Below, in pieces: positions 1-10,219 of a stretch of 38,755 bases of DNA; positions within the stretch are counted from its first letter, which is position 1, and each line of letters opens with the position of its first letter. The notes under the pieces were generated by a model. It saw nothing but the letters and a program-made list of their open reading frames with translations, ran no database searches and had not been told where the DNA came from. The DNA is from Candidatus Caldarchaeales archaeon (GTDB taxonomy: Archaea; Thermoproteota; Nitrososphaeria_A; Caldarchaeales; Wolframiiraptoraceae). The stretch lies in contig JBCNVN010000012.1 in assembly GCA_039630055.1 (NCBI GenBank), forward strand, positions 1 to 38,755, given 5' to 3'. The translations under genes were made by a program, and so were the position numbers.

Positions 1-192
1 ATTGTAACTGATTATGCATTCTAGAGATATACCTTTACCAGAAGCTTCACCAGCCATTAATGCTAATGCATGATCTAGCTTTGAACAATAACCATGAGGA
101 TCTTCTTCAGCAAGTCTTCTCAAAATCCCTCTAACCAAAGGATTGTTTAAAATATTTCTAGTGAGGGTTAGGAGATCTGATTCGAGAGGCAT
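1..192 (-). CDS. 5' part of a gene running off the window; probable radical SAM/SPASM protein N-terminus (possibly Gms-like)
   Basis: Manual translation: MPLESDLLTLTRNILNNPLVRGILRRLAEEDPHGYCSKLDHALALMAGEASGKGISLECIISYN, open to base 1, with GGAGG upstream. The L-x-NPL-x-R...L-x-x-AL pattern resembles, from memory, the N-terminal extension of archaeal radical SAM/SPASM proteins. The CxxxCxxC motif is not in the window. Confidence 0.5.
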   Translation of the reverse strand, partial: MPLESDLLTLTRNILNNPLVRGILRRLAEEDPHGYCSKLDHALALMAGEASGKGISLECIISYN

Positions 193-405
193 CTGATTCT
201 CTGCCTCCCTTTCTCCACTAGTAAGAATATTCTACAAAGAATTAAGTATATAGATCCTTATTATGAATGTAATGTTATGAATTTTCTCAGGTGAGGGGTG
301 ATATTTTTCCTTTGTTAAAAGAAGAAATATGACTTCTGCATATTACAAGAGATATGATTTTTAAGATGTAGGATAAGATAGTTACTTAGAGAGCGGGTGC
401 TGAAG

Positions 406-1995
406 ATGGTTGAAGTAAGTTTTGAGCAGATATCTCCAGCGGACTTCTTCTATAGAAATAGAGATATAGCTGGATTTAGCAATCCATCTAGAGCGTTATA
501 CACTAGTATTAGAGAACTTGTAGAGAACTCTCTTGATGCAGCTGAGATAGGTAGAATTCCACCTACCATAGTTGTTGAGCTATCTAGTGAGGGAGCTTCC
601 GAGAATGAGGAGACCTCAACATACAGGTTGAAGGTTGAAGATAATGGTATAGGAGTGGCCCCCGAGCATATTCCAAAAGCATTCGCGACGGTATTGTATG
701 GAAGTAAATATGGATACAAGCAGAATAGGGGGGCATTTGGGCTTGGAGGTACGATGGCACTACTTTATGGACAGATAACTACGAACAAGCCTGCGACGGT
801 AATCTCTAGTAGAGGAGGAAAAGAACTACATAAATTTGTGATGATGATAGATATCGTGAAGAATGAGCCTAGAGTCTTTAAGCATGAGGTACTTGAGAAT
901 AGAGAAGGATGGAGAGGGACCATAGTTGAGTTCTACTTGGAGGCAGACTATACAGGCAGTAAAGCAAAGATTCTAGAATATTTTAGAAATACTGTTATAG
1001 CGAATCCACATGCATCTTTATTATTCATAGATGTAAGAGGAAGAATGTACTTTTATCCGAGGGCTACAGAGAAGGTTCCAGAACCTCCAGTAGAATCTCT
1101 ACCCCATCCAGTCGGAGTAGATGTAGAAGCTATGAATAGGCTCTTATCAAACTGTAAAGAGAAGAGCGTATTATCTTTCCTAGTCTCTAATTTTCAGAAG
1201 GTTGGAGAAAAGACCGCTAGAGAGGTGCTCGAGCTGGCCAGCATCCCGCCGGAAGCCGATCCAAAGAAGCTCTCACATGAGCAGATAGCAGCTCTAGTAG
1301 ATGCGATAAAACGTTATAATAAGTTTAGGCCTCCAGACCCTTCTAGTGTAAGCCCGATAGGTGAAGAACTTCTAAGAATCGGTATAGAGAATATGTTTAA
1401 GCCGGATTTCGTATACGTTGTCCAACGTCCACCATCATCTTATTCTGGATATCCATTTGTTGTAGAGGTAGGGCTCGCATATGGAGGTATGATCCCACTC
1501 TCAGAGAATATTCATCTATACAGGTTCACCAATAAGATACCGCTCCTATACGATGAGAGGGCTGATGTCGTATGGAAGGTTGTTACAGAGAGGATAGACT
1601 GGTCAAATTATAAGATACCGAAGATGGCGCCCATAGCTCTTGTAACCCATATATGTTCTCCCAAGATTCCTTACAAGAGCGTCGGTAAGGAGGCTGTAGC
1701 CGATAGACCTGAGATAGAGAGAGAACTGGTCATAGCTATAAGAGAGGCGGCTAGACAGCTTAGACTATATCTATCTAAGATAGAGAAGAGGCAGTCTGCT
1801 GTTAAAAGATTGAATATCTATGCTAAGTATCTACCTTTGATCGCGAGATGTTCTGGGGAGCTGGCAGATAAGAAGCCTCCAGATATCTCGAGACTACTTG
1901 ACCGTCTAGGTATCGATAAACAGACTCTGAAAGAGGCTCAAGAAAAGATCTTAAAAGAAATTAAAGAGAAACATATTGTAACTGAGGAAAGTTAA
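406..1995 (+). CDS. top6B: DNA topoisomerase VI subunit B
   Basis: GHKL motifs ELVENSLDA, EDNGIG, RGAFGLG; H2TH region; RFTNKIPLLYD transducer. ATG 406 follows GGGTG (alternative start GTG 397). Confidence 0.97.
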   Translation: MVEVSFEQISPADFFYRNRDIAGFSNPSRALYTSIRELVENSLDAAEIGRIPPTIVVELSSEGASENEETSTYRLKVEDNGIGVAPEHIPKAFATVLYGSKYGYKQNRGAFGLGGTMALLYGQITTNKPATVISSRGGKELHKFVMMIDIVKNEPRVFKHEVLENREGWRGTIVEFYLEADYTGSKAKILEYFRNTVIANPHASLLFIDVRGRMYFYPRATEKVPEPPVESLPHPVGVDVEAMNRLLSNCKEKSVLSFLVSNFQKVGEKTAREVLELASIPPEADPKKLSHEQIAALVDAIKRYNKFRPPDPSSVSPIGEELLRIGIENMFKPDFVYVVQRPPSSYSGYPFVVEVGLAYGGMIPLSENIHLYRFTNKIPLLYDERADVVWKVVTERIDWSNYKIPKMAPIALVTHICSPKIPYKSVGKEAVADRPEIERELVIAIREAARQLRLYLSKIEKRQSAVKRLNIYAKYLPLIARCSGELADKKPPDISRLLDRLGIDKQTLKEAQEKILKEIKEKHIVTEES

Positions 1996-2092
1996 GGTCT
2001 TTTGATTATCTTATATAATTCATTTAAGATTCTTAGATTATTTAGGCGTCTTGATAGTAATTCTTTTATTATGGTTTTAAGTCGAGTTAAGT

Positions 2093-3277
2093 ATGAAAGT
2101 AGCCCTTGCATATAGTGGTGGATTGGATACAACGGTCTCTATAAGATGGTTGCAGGAGAAGTATAAAGGAGAGGTCATAACGGTTACCGTAGATGTAGGT
2201 CAAGGAGATGATTTCGAGGAGATAGAAGATAGAGCTTATAAGAGTGGAGCTATAAAACATTACTTTGTTGATGCTAAAAAGAAGTTTGCTGAAGAATATG
2301 TAGCAAGATGTATTAAAGCCAATGGATTGTATGAGGGTGTATACCCACTCTCATCCGCATTAAGTAGACCTTTGATAGCTAGAGAAGTAGCAGAGATAGC
2401 ATTGAGAGAAGGTTGCGATGCAGTTGCACATGGATGTACAGGTAAAGGCAACGACCAGTTGAGATTCGATATAACCTTCTCATCTATCGCTCCAGACTTA
2501 AAGATCATCGCCCCAGTTAGAGAATGGAATATGAGTAGAGATGAAGAGATAAAGTATGCTTTGAAGAATGGTCTACCGATAAATCCTAAGAGGAGTAGAT
2601 TCAGCATAGATGAGAATCTTTGGGGAAGGAGTATAGAAGCGGGAGAGCTTGAGGATCCGTGGGTTGAGACACCTAAAGAGGCATTCAAATATCTTAAACC
2701 TCTCGAAGAGACACCTAACGAGGCGAGAGAGATAACGATCCGCTTCGAGAAAGGTGTCCCCATCAGTTTAGATGGTGTAAAGATGCCATTAGAGAAATTG
2801 ATACTAGAGTTGAATATTATCGGTGGAGAATATGGTATCGGCTATGTAGACCATATCGAGGATAGAGTTATAGGTCTTAAATCTAGAGAAGTGTATGAGG
2901 TTCCAGCAGCCCAGCTGATTATTCAAGCTCATACCGACCTCGAGAAGATGGTCTTGGGTAGAAGACTCTTAGATTTTAAATCTATAGTTGAGAAGAAATG
3001 GTCTGAGATGGTATATTCTGGGCTTTGGCTAGATCCATTAATGAAGGCTTTAGATGCATTCATTGATGAAACTCAAAAGGAGGTCTCTGGAGAGGTAAGA
3101 TTAAAACTTTACAAAGGTTCTGCTAGAGTTGTTGGAAGAAGAGCTGAGAGACCACTCTACAGTTCAGAATTGATCACATATACTTCTGAGAGTGTTTTCG
3201 ACCAGAAGGCTGGAGAAGCTTTCTCAAAGCTATGGGGTCTAGAAACGCATCTATGGCATAAGAGACGCAAATCTTAA
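2093..3277 (+). CDS. argG: argininosuccinate synthase
   Basis: LAYSGGLDT, HGCTGKGNDQLRF, SIDENLWGRSIE, GLKSREVYE motifs. Confidence 0.98.
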   Translation: MKVALAYSGGLDTTVSIRWLQEKYKGEVITVTVDVGQGDDFEEIEDRAYKSGAIKHYFVDAKKKFAEEYVARCIKANGLYEGVYPLSSALSRPLIAREVAEIALREGCDAVAHGCTGKGNDQLRFDITFSSIAPDLKIIAPVREWNMSRDEEIKYALKNGLPINPKRSRFSIDENLWGRSIEAGELEDPWVETPKEAFKYLKPLEETPNEAREITIRFEKGVPISLDGVKMPLEKLILELNIIGGEYGIGYVDHIEDRVIGLKSREVYEVPAAQLIIQAHTDLEKMVLGRRLLDFKSIVEKKWSEMVYSGLWLDPLMKALDAFIDETQKEVSGEVRLKLYKGSARVVGRRAERPLYSSELITYTSESVFDQKAGEAFSKLWGLETHLWHKRRKS

Positions 3278-3399
3278 CCAAGATAAATCTTCATTATATG
3301 TTCATCCATCAAGATTTATACTAGACTCTGTAAAACATATCTTACTTAAAGAAACGTTTAAACATAGCTTTACGCTTCTTATCTAGAGGCGCAGGTTAT

Positions 3400-4836
3400 T
3401 TGAGCATCTTCAGAAGTTCAAGGCTTAAAAAAGATATCGATCCCGAGGCTGCAGAATACATCTCCTCACTCCCATTCGATTATGAGATACTGAATGCTAC
3501 AGTATGGGTCAACGCCGTCCATCTTAGGATACTTTATGAAAAACAGCTTATTAGTAGAGAAGACTTTTCAAAGTCTCTAGAAGTATTGAGAGAGATAGTT
3601 AAAAACCCTCCGAGAGAGATCGATCCGAAACTGGAAGATATACATGTTTATATTGAGCAAGCTCTAGCTTCTTCATCTGAATATGCTGCAGGCATGCTAT
3701 CATATGGTAAGAGTAGGAATGATGCTGTGGCCACAGCTATAAGATTAAGAGCTAGAGAATACCTTCTAGAGACTACGCTGGTAGAATTAGACCTTATAAA
3801 GACGCTTCTAGACAAGGCGAGCGAGCACTCTAGCACTCTCTTCCCCATATACACCCATCTTCAGAGAGCTGTACCAGCAACATTCGGCTTTCTCCTACAT
3901 TCTTACGCAAGCAGAATATTAAGAAACCTATCCAACGTTATAAACATCTATTCTAAAGTTAATTTATCTCCTCTTGGAGCGGGTGCAGCCGCAGGGTCAT
4001 CAACAGATATAGATAGGTTAAGAGAGGCTCAATTGTTAGGATTTGAAGATATTTTAGAGAACGCTTTAGATGCTACCACATCTAGAGACTATGTCATCAC
4101 CATCTTAGCTCATCTACTCAACTCCGCATTGGCCTACTCATGCTTTGCCGAAGAATTGGTCTTATACTCTTCTGAAGAGTTTGACCTCTTGGAGATCCCT
4201 GATGAATATTCTTCTACTAGTAGTATTATGCCTCAGAAGAAGAACCCGGTAGTAGCAGAGATCGTTAGAACTAAGGCGGCTGAGATCCTGGGAGAGATTG
4301 TCAAGGCAGCCTCTATGATATTGAGGCAGCCTAGTGGATATAATCTTGACTACCAGCAGGTTACACCTACTCTCTGGAAGTCATTCAGAGAGGTTAAAGA
4401 TACAGCGAGGATTCTATCCCGAATGATTGAGAAGATACAAGTCAATAGGGATAAAGCTATCAATATGTGTAGAGGGGTCATTCTATTAACCGAGGTTGGG
4501 AACAGACTCTTACAGGAGACTGGTATAACTTTTAGGAAAGCCCATCAAATATGTGGAGAAATATCCATACTTATTAATAGTGGATCACTTAATGAAGAGT
4601 CTTTTAAAGAGATAGTCGAGAGACATAATGTAAAGAATATTGACTACCAGAGATTTATAAGCTGGCTAGACCCCTATATTATAATCACTTCATACAAGAC
4701 TTTGGGGTCATCTAATCCAAGAGAAGTAATGAAGATGATTGAAGTAGATGTTCGAAGAGCTGAAGCATTGAGAGAATGGTGTAGAGATACTCTAGAGAGA
4801 CTTGATAAACTGTTTCAATCATCAATTACATTTTAA
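3400..4836 (+). CDS. argH: argininosuccinate lyase
   Basis: GKSRND, YTHLQRA, SSIMPQKKNP signature; follows argG. Confidence 0.96.
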   Translation: MSIFRSSRLKKDIDPEAAEYISSLPFDYEILNATVWVNAVHLRILYEKQLISREDFSKSLEVLREIVKNPPREIDPKLEDIHVYIEQALASSSEYAAGMLSYGKSRNDAVATAIRLRAREYLLETTLVELDLIKTLLDKASEHSSTLFPIYTHLQRAVPATFGFLLHSYASRILRNLSNVINIYSKVNLSPLGAGAAAGSSTDIDRLREAQLLGFEDILENALDATTSRDYVITILAHLLNSALAYSCFAEELVLYSSEEFDLLEIPDEYSSTSSIMPQKKNPVVAEIVRTKAAEILGEIVKAASMILRQPSGYNLDYQQVTPTLWKSFREVKDTARILSRMIEKIQVNRDKAINMCRGVILLTEVGNRLLQETGITFRKAHQICGEISILINSGSLNEESFKEIVERHNVKNIDYQRFISWLDPYIIITSYKTLGSSNPREVMKMIEVDVRRAEALREWCRDTLERLDKLFQSSITF

Positions 4837-4875
4837 AACTGAGAAAAATATGTGGAGAAGAAAGATTTAGAAGAT

Positions 4876-6618
4876 CTAGGTCTTAGTCTTCTTTCTTAAA
4901 ATTTCTCTAAGTTTCTTGGTTTCCTTCCAATCAATCTCAAGGGTTTCGGGCTCTAGTACAACTCCATAAACATCTCTAGCGGTCTCTATATTGATATATT
5001 CGTTCTTTACATCCATCCTTACTAACTCGGGATCTCTTTCAAGAGGGTCTCCCCATCCTCCACCACCTCCAGATCTTAAACTTACCAGGTCTCCTCTCTT
5101 CAACTTTACAGCAGCAACTTTTCTCACAATCTTTGGTTCTTCACCCTGCTTATAGATTACACAGTAGTTGGGTGTTCCATTGGTTCCACCAGCAGCTCCC
5201 CAAGGTGGGAACTTGTTCCTACCTATTGATACAGTAAAGTAGGCTTCGTTACAGAGTATTTTATAGTCTTTAATGACGCCGAATCCTCCTCTAAATTTTC
5301 CATGACCTGTGCCACTTTCAATATTTAGACAGTATCTCTCTACAAGTATAGGCATGTGTTTTTCATATACTTCATTAGAGGCTATATAGGTCTCTCCATC
5401 TCCGCAAGCTACTAAACCACTCTCTCCATCCATATCATATCCTCCTCCCCATCCACCCGCTTGAGGTTCTACGATTGCGAAAGGCTCACCCGTTCTTTCA
5501 TCAACACCTCCAAGTATCGTTGCAAGTATTGAAAGGAAGTGACCTGCTGTAAGCTTTTGAGGCGTATGTGGTGCTAGAGCTTTCCAGACTAGGTCAGTTG
5601 TATAAGACATCGCTTCCCAGAAGGTTGACGTTGGCATCGGCTTCACAGGATAGAATACGCATCCAATTGGAGCTATAACTTTTAGAGGTCTGAAGTATCC
5701 TCCATTCAGATGTGCATGGGGATCTGTTACAGCCATGTATGTTTCTCTGACTCCCGATACTGTAGCCGGTAATGGAGATGCAATAGATCCCTTCGCTTTA
5801 CCACTTCCAGTAAAATCTGCAATGAATTCATCATCCTTAATTGTAACTTTGACTTTTACATATACTGGTTCATCCGTTAATCCATCATCATCTATATAGT
5901 CTTCAGCTTCAAAATCTCCTTTCGGCAATTTTTGAAGGTTTATTAAAGCAAGTTTATATCCGTCATCAATTATCTTCTGCATAGAGTATTTAACCATCTC
6001 AATACCATATTTTTCTATTAGGCTTTCTATTCTCCTTGAAGCAACTTTCATAGATGCAACCTGAGCCTCCATGTCGCCTAAAGTATGCTCAGGGAGCCTA
6101 GAGTTTTCTAAAATTATATCTATGACATCTCTATTCGGCTTTCCATCACGATATAGTCTTACACAAGGTAACTGTATACCTTCTTGATAGACTTCTGTAG
6201 AGTCTGAGGTCCAGCTTCCAAAATGCATTCCACCAACTTCGCTCCAATGACCTTTATTCAAGATCAATGAAAGCAGTTCATCTTTGTAGAAGACCGGCAT
6301 TGCTAGGGTAACATCGTTTAAATGAGTGCCAGATTTGTATGGTACATTTAATACATAGACGTCTCCTGGAGATATTTCTCCACCCCATTTTTCAAGTACT
6401 TCCTTGGCAACGAAGTCTAATACTCCTGAGAATCCTGGAACACCGGGTGCTTGAGCAACTAACTCACCCTTTGAGTCAGTGATCCCTACCGAGTAGTCTA
6501 GTACTTCGTATATTACTGGGCTTTTAGCGGTTCTACCAAAAGCATAGAACATTTCTTCATTCGCAGTAATTAGACCGTTCTTAATAATCTCTAAAGTAAA
6601 TAAATCTATCTTGCTCAT
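4876..6618 (-). CDS. hydantoinase B / 5-oxoprolinase subunit B family protein
   Basis: TAKSPVIYEVLDYS, GTHLND, HWSEVGG, YQEG, GGGGGWGDPLER motifs. ATG 6618 follows GGAGGTGA (alternative GTG 6627). Full length, but apparently left without its promoter by the junction at ~7110. Confidence 0.93.
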   Translation of the reverse strand: MSKIDLFTLEIIKNGLITANEEMFYAFGRTAKSPVIYEVLDYSVGITDSKGELVAQAPGVPGFSGVLDFVAKEVLEKWGGEISPGDVYVLNVPYKSGTHLNDVTLAMPVFYKDELLSLILNKGHWSEVGGMHFGSWTSDSTEVYQEGIQLPCVRLYRDGKPNRDVIDIILENSRLPEHTLGDMEAQVASMKVASRRIESLIEKYGIEMVKYSMQKIIDDGYKLALINLQKLPKGDFEAEDYIDDDGLTDEPVYVKVKVTIKDDEFIADFTGSGKAKGSIASPLPATVSGVRETYMAVTDPHAHLNGGYFRPLKVIAPIGCVFYPVKPMPTSTFWEAMSYTTDLVWKALAPHTPQKLTAGHFLSILATILGGVDERTGEPFAIVEPQAGGWGGGYDMDGESGLVACGDGETYIASNEVYEKHMPILVERYCLNIESGTGHGKFRGGFGVIKDYKILCNEAYFTVSIGRNKFPPWGAAGGTNGTPNYCVIYKQGEEPKIVRKVAAVKLKRGDLVSLRSGGGGGWGDPLERDPELVRMDVKNEYINIETARDVYGVVLEPETLEIDWKETKKLREILRKKTKT

Positions 6619-6623
6619 CCCCT

Positions 6624-7115
6624 TCACCTCCTTAAGATACTTACATTGCCAAACTTATCTACTACAGCTTTCTGCGAGCTTAATACTAATACGGTAGACG
6701 TTGGGTCTTCAATTATAGCTGTACAGTCTATAGTGATATTAGGCGATAATTTCTGTTTATTGTAGACAGGCACTTCTAGATGTTTTCCATTGATGTATAT
6801 TTCCCTCTCATGCATAAATGCATCATCTCTCGAGTATGTCTTATTATTAAGTTCTTTTAATTCGAATTTCTTAACTTTATATTCTCCGACTATGTGGAAG
6901 TTAACGATCTCCACTGGACTCGTTAATCTAAATGCATAAGCTCTTTCATGATATTCGTGGAATCTCTCAATAATCGTATTAATTCCAGAGCTATCTATAT
7001 ATCCATTCGGAATAGGTACTTTAACAGTATGTTCTTGACCATAATATCTCATATCGGCATATCTCAATGTTATGACATCTTTTATATTAAAGTCTTCTTC
7101 CTTGAAGATATTCAA
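6624..7115 (-). pseudogene. 3' fragment of hydantoinase A / oxoprolinase subunit A
   Basis: Only the C-terminal ~160 aa (ADMRYYGQEH, FHEYHERAY, VEIVNF, AIIEDPTSTV, DKFGN) of a normally ~680-aa protein. An in-frame stop lies a few codons upstream. Confidence 0.88.
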
Positions 7116-7767
7116 GATTAAGGATCAATTGTATGATATATTGAAGTATAAAATGATAAGTGAAGGACGTAATCCATCTAAACAAGAACTCTATGAAGAA
7201 GCTTTGAAGATGCTCACTGATGTGAAGCTTCCAGATCCTGATAGAGTCTTGAACTCGTATCCCTTCCAGTTGAGCGGTGGGATGAGACAGAGAATCATGA
7301 TAGCCATGGCTCTAACTTCCGCAGAAAAGCTTCTACTTGCAGATGAGCCTACAACAAATCTTGATGTAACAATCCAAGATCAGATACTAAAATTAATACA
7401 TAACTTAGTAATTCAGAAGAATTTGAGTACGATCTTGGTCTCGCATGCATTGGGCATGGTTTATCAGATGACTGATAGAGCATATGTATTATATGCTGGG
7501 GATATAATGGAAGAAGCTCCGACGAAAGAACTCTTCGAGAATCCTAAGCACCCTTATACCCAGATATTGATCTCAAGTGCTCCAAGGCTTAGTTCAAAAG
7601 GTATAAGCGAGGGAATAAAAGGTAAATTACCAGATTATAGAGATCCACCTACTGGTTGTAGATTCGCTCCAAGATGCCCATATTTTATGAGTAAGTGTAA
7701 TACTATTAAGCCTGAGCCAATAGAACTTAATAAAGAACATATAACTTGTTGTCATCTATACGATTGA
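7109..7767 (+). pseudogene. 5'-truncated oligopeptide/dipeptide ABC ATPase (OppD/DppD-like)
   Basis: Has LSGGMRQR, LLLADEPTT, H-loop and the GCRFAPRC tail, but no Walker A or Q-loop. Homology begins at FKIKDQL (7111). Confidence 0.88.
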
Positions 7768-7775
7768 GGGAGAGC

Positions 7776-8738
7776 ATGCTGGACAATAATATTCTAAATG
7801 TTTTAAATTTGAGAAAGTACTTTACTACAAGAGAAGGGATCGTTAAAGCAGTAGATGGTGTTAGCTTTTCGATAAGATATGGTGAGACTTTAGCGTTAGT
7901 TGGTGAGTCTGGTTCAGGCAAGACTACTACAGGCCATGTAATAATGGGGTTCTATACACCTGATGAAGGTAATCTAGTCTATAAAGGTAGATACGACCTA
8001 TCGATACCGATTAAGAAGAGACCTCTTGAATTAAAGAAAGATATACAAATAGTATTCCAAGATCCTGGAACATCTCTAAACTCTAAGCGGATGGTAAAGG
8101 ATATAATTAGCTTACCATTGATGATACATAGAGTAGTTGATAAGAAGAAGATATACGAAAGAGTTTCAGAACTATTAGAATATGTAGGGTTAAGCGATGA
8201 GTACATGTTTAAATATCCTCATGAACTAGGAGGTGGAGAGAAACAACTAGTAGCCATTTCACGTGCATTAGCTTCAAATCCATCTTTCATAATACTTGAT
8301 GAATCTACATCTGCACTAGACGTTTCTTCACAAGCAAAAGTGTTGAATACGTTGATAAAGATCCAGAAAGAGTTTGGATTAACGTATCTTCTAATCACTC
8401 ACGATCTTGGTGTAGTTAGGAACATCTCTCATAGAGTTATGATAATGTATTTAGGCAAAGTGTATGAGGAAGCCCCTACAGAAGAATTCTTCAGATCTCC
8501 AATGCATCCATATACTCAGATGCTTCTATCTTCAATACCTACCCTCAGTAGTGAGGATGAGAAAATAAAGCCAACGGGGATAGAATCGATTGGAGAGATA
8601 CCTAGCGCTGTGAAGCCTCCGAGTGGATGCAGATTCCATACGAGATGCCCATTTGCAAAATCTCTCTGTACTGAGAAAGATCCACCAGATGTTGAAGTTA
8701 GTGATAATCATATTGTAAGATGCTGGCTTTATGGATGA
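7776..8738 (+). CDS. oligopeptide/dipeptide ABC ATPase (OppF/DppF-like), motifs degenerate
   Basis: Walker A GESGSGKT and GCRFHTRC are present. Signature reads LGGGEKQL and Walker B reads LDESTSALD, both deviating from consensus. Confidence 0.9.
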   Translation: MLDNNILNVLNLRKYFTTREGIVKAVDGVSFSIRYGETLALVGESGSGKTTTGHVIMGFYTPDEGNLVYKGRYDLSIPIKKRPLELKKDIQIVFQDPGTSLNSKRMVKDIISLPLMIHRVVDKKKIYERVSELLEYVGLSDEYMFKYPHELGGGEKQLVAISRALASNPSFIILDESTSALDVSSQAKVLNTLIKIQKEFGLTYLLITHDLGVVRNISHRVMIMYLGKVYEEAPTEEFFRSPMHPYTQMLLSSIPTLSSEDEKIKPTGIESIGEIPSAVKPPSGCRFHTRCPFAKSLCTEKDPPDVEVSDNHIVRCWLYG

Positions 8739-8775
8739 CAAATGCTTGTTCTAGAGATTGGTACACACCACTATC

Positions 8776-9882
8776 CTATAGAGTATAATCATCTGGATTA
8801 AGAGACTTATCAAGACTGGTGAGATTAATACATCCTTCTTCTTTAACGATTACATTATCTTCTATCCTTACGCCGAATTTTCCCGGTAGATAGATCCCGG
8901 GCTCTACTGTGAAAGCCATACCCTCTTCTAGGCTTTGGGTATTTCCAATCTTAATGTATGGTGGTTCATGGACTTCAAGCCCGATCCCGTGTCCAGTCCT
9001 ATGTATGAAGTATTCACCATATCCAGCTGATTCAATTATCCTACGTGCACACATATCGATCTCCTCAGCTCTAACTCCTTGCCTAATACTATTTAACGAG
9101 TTTTGTTGTGCATTCAAAACTATGTTGAATATTTCTAGATGTCTGCTTGATGGACGGCCACAGACTATTGTTCTCGTTATATCTGAGTAGTATCCTCCAT
9201 ATCTAACCCCTATATCTAAAACGACTATATCATCTTTCTCAATAATCTTGCTAGTAGGTTCTTGATGGGGTAATGCCGAGTTAATCCCACTCTGAACTAG
9301 TGCGAATGGAACATCATCTGCACCAAGCTCGAAAGCAGTATTCTTTATGAAAGCCATGAAACTCTTCTCAGAGATGCCCGGTCTCAACTCTTGAATAGCC
9401 TCTACCATTAGCCTATTGTTTATCTCAGCCGCCCTCTTCATATCATCAATCTCTTGAGAATCTTTAACAATCCTCAAAGAGTACATTAAGTCATCGATTA
9501 TGGATATTTTAAGATTAGGCATCTTGTTGAGTAATGGATGGATGAATCTAAACGGAGTAACACCTTCAACACCTATGTTAACTAACCTATGCCTAGAGAA
9601 TATTTCTTTAATTATGTTTAAAGGATCTTCAACATCACTATAACTTACTAGTTCAATATCTTCTAACCTGCAGTTCTCTTCAGCACGTCTCTCTTCCAAC
9701 TTAGGAATTATTAGAAATATCCGGTCATGCCCTCTAAGTATTAGTAGCGAGATTAATCTCTCAAGCGAGATCCCACTATAACCTGATATATAGAGCATGT
9801 TAGGTTCAGATGTTAACATGATAGTATCTAGGTTTAAGCTCTCCATCAACCTTCTAACTTTATTTATTCTATGAAAAAACAT
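8776..9882 (-). CDS. Xaa-Pro aminopeptidase/dipeptidase (M24B)
   Basis: Creatinase-like N-domain; ALPH, LDIG...SDITRT, HRTGHGIGLEVHE, EPGIY, GVRIED. Confidence 0.95.
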   Translation of the reverse strand: MFFHRINKVRRLMESLNLDTIMLTSEPNMLYISGYSGISLERLISLLILRGHDRIFLIIPKLEERRAEENCRLEDIELVSYSDVEDPLNIIKEIFSRHRLVNIGVEGVTPFRFIHPLLNKMPNLKISIIDDLMYSLRIVKDSQEIDDMKRAAEINNRLMVEAIQELRPGISEKSFMAFIKNTAFELGADDVPFALVQSGINSALPHQEPTSKIIEKDDIVVLDIGVRYGGYYSDITRTIVCGRPSSRHLEIFNIVLNAQQNSLNSIRQGVRAEEIDMCARRIIESAGYGEYFIHRTGHGIGLEVHEPPYIKIGNTQSLEEGMAFTVEPGIYLPGKFGVRIEDNVIVKEEGCINLTSLDKSLNPDDYTL

Positions 9883-9892
9883 CTTGCTTTAT

Positions 9893-10219
9893 TCACCTTG
9901 GAGGAGATAGTACCCAAAGGATCTTGGCAGGCTTATCTTCAAGGTTGGTAACATAATGGGGTGTCCCCTTCTTATTGTATAAGAAGGAGCCTTCAGCTAG
10001 CTTGATAGATTCTTTATCTGTTCCAAAGATTACCTCTCCAGAGAGTATGTATGCAAACTCATCGTTTTCTCCGTGAACACTATATCCTTCTTTAGGCAAC
10101 CTCACTCCTTGAGAGATCTCTAAGATCCCAATCTCTAAATGGTCAGTCTTAATAATAGTTATAGCATTATTTACAGCTCTACTCCAATACTTTTCATCTA
10201 AAAGATAAGATTCTGCCAA
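9893..10219 (-). CDS. cupin domain protein
   Basis: H...EFAYILSGE and PH..N...PAKILWV cupin motifs. Confidence 0.85.
   Translation of the reverse strand: MAESYLLDEKYWSRAVNNAITIIKTDHLEIGILEISQGVRLPKEGYSVHGENDEFAYILSGEVIFGTDKESIKLAEGSFLYNKKGTPHYVTNLEDKPAKILWVLSPPR

Noticed and set aside
2003-3320. Shared TTATAT..TTCAT..AAGATT motif upstream of argG and argH as an ARG box
   Set aside because: Weak AT-rich similarity, not palindromic, and no ArgR in the window.
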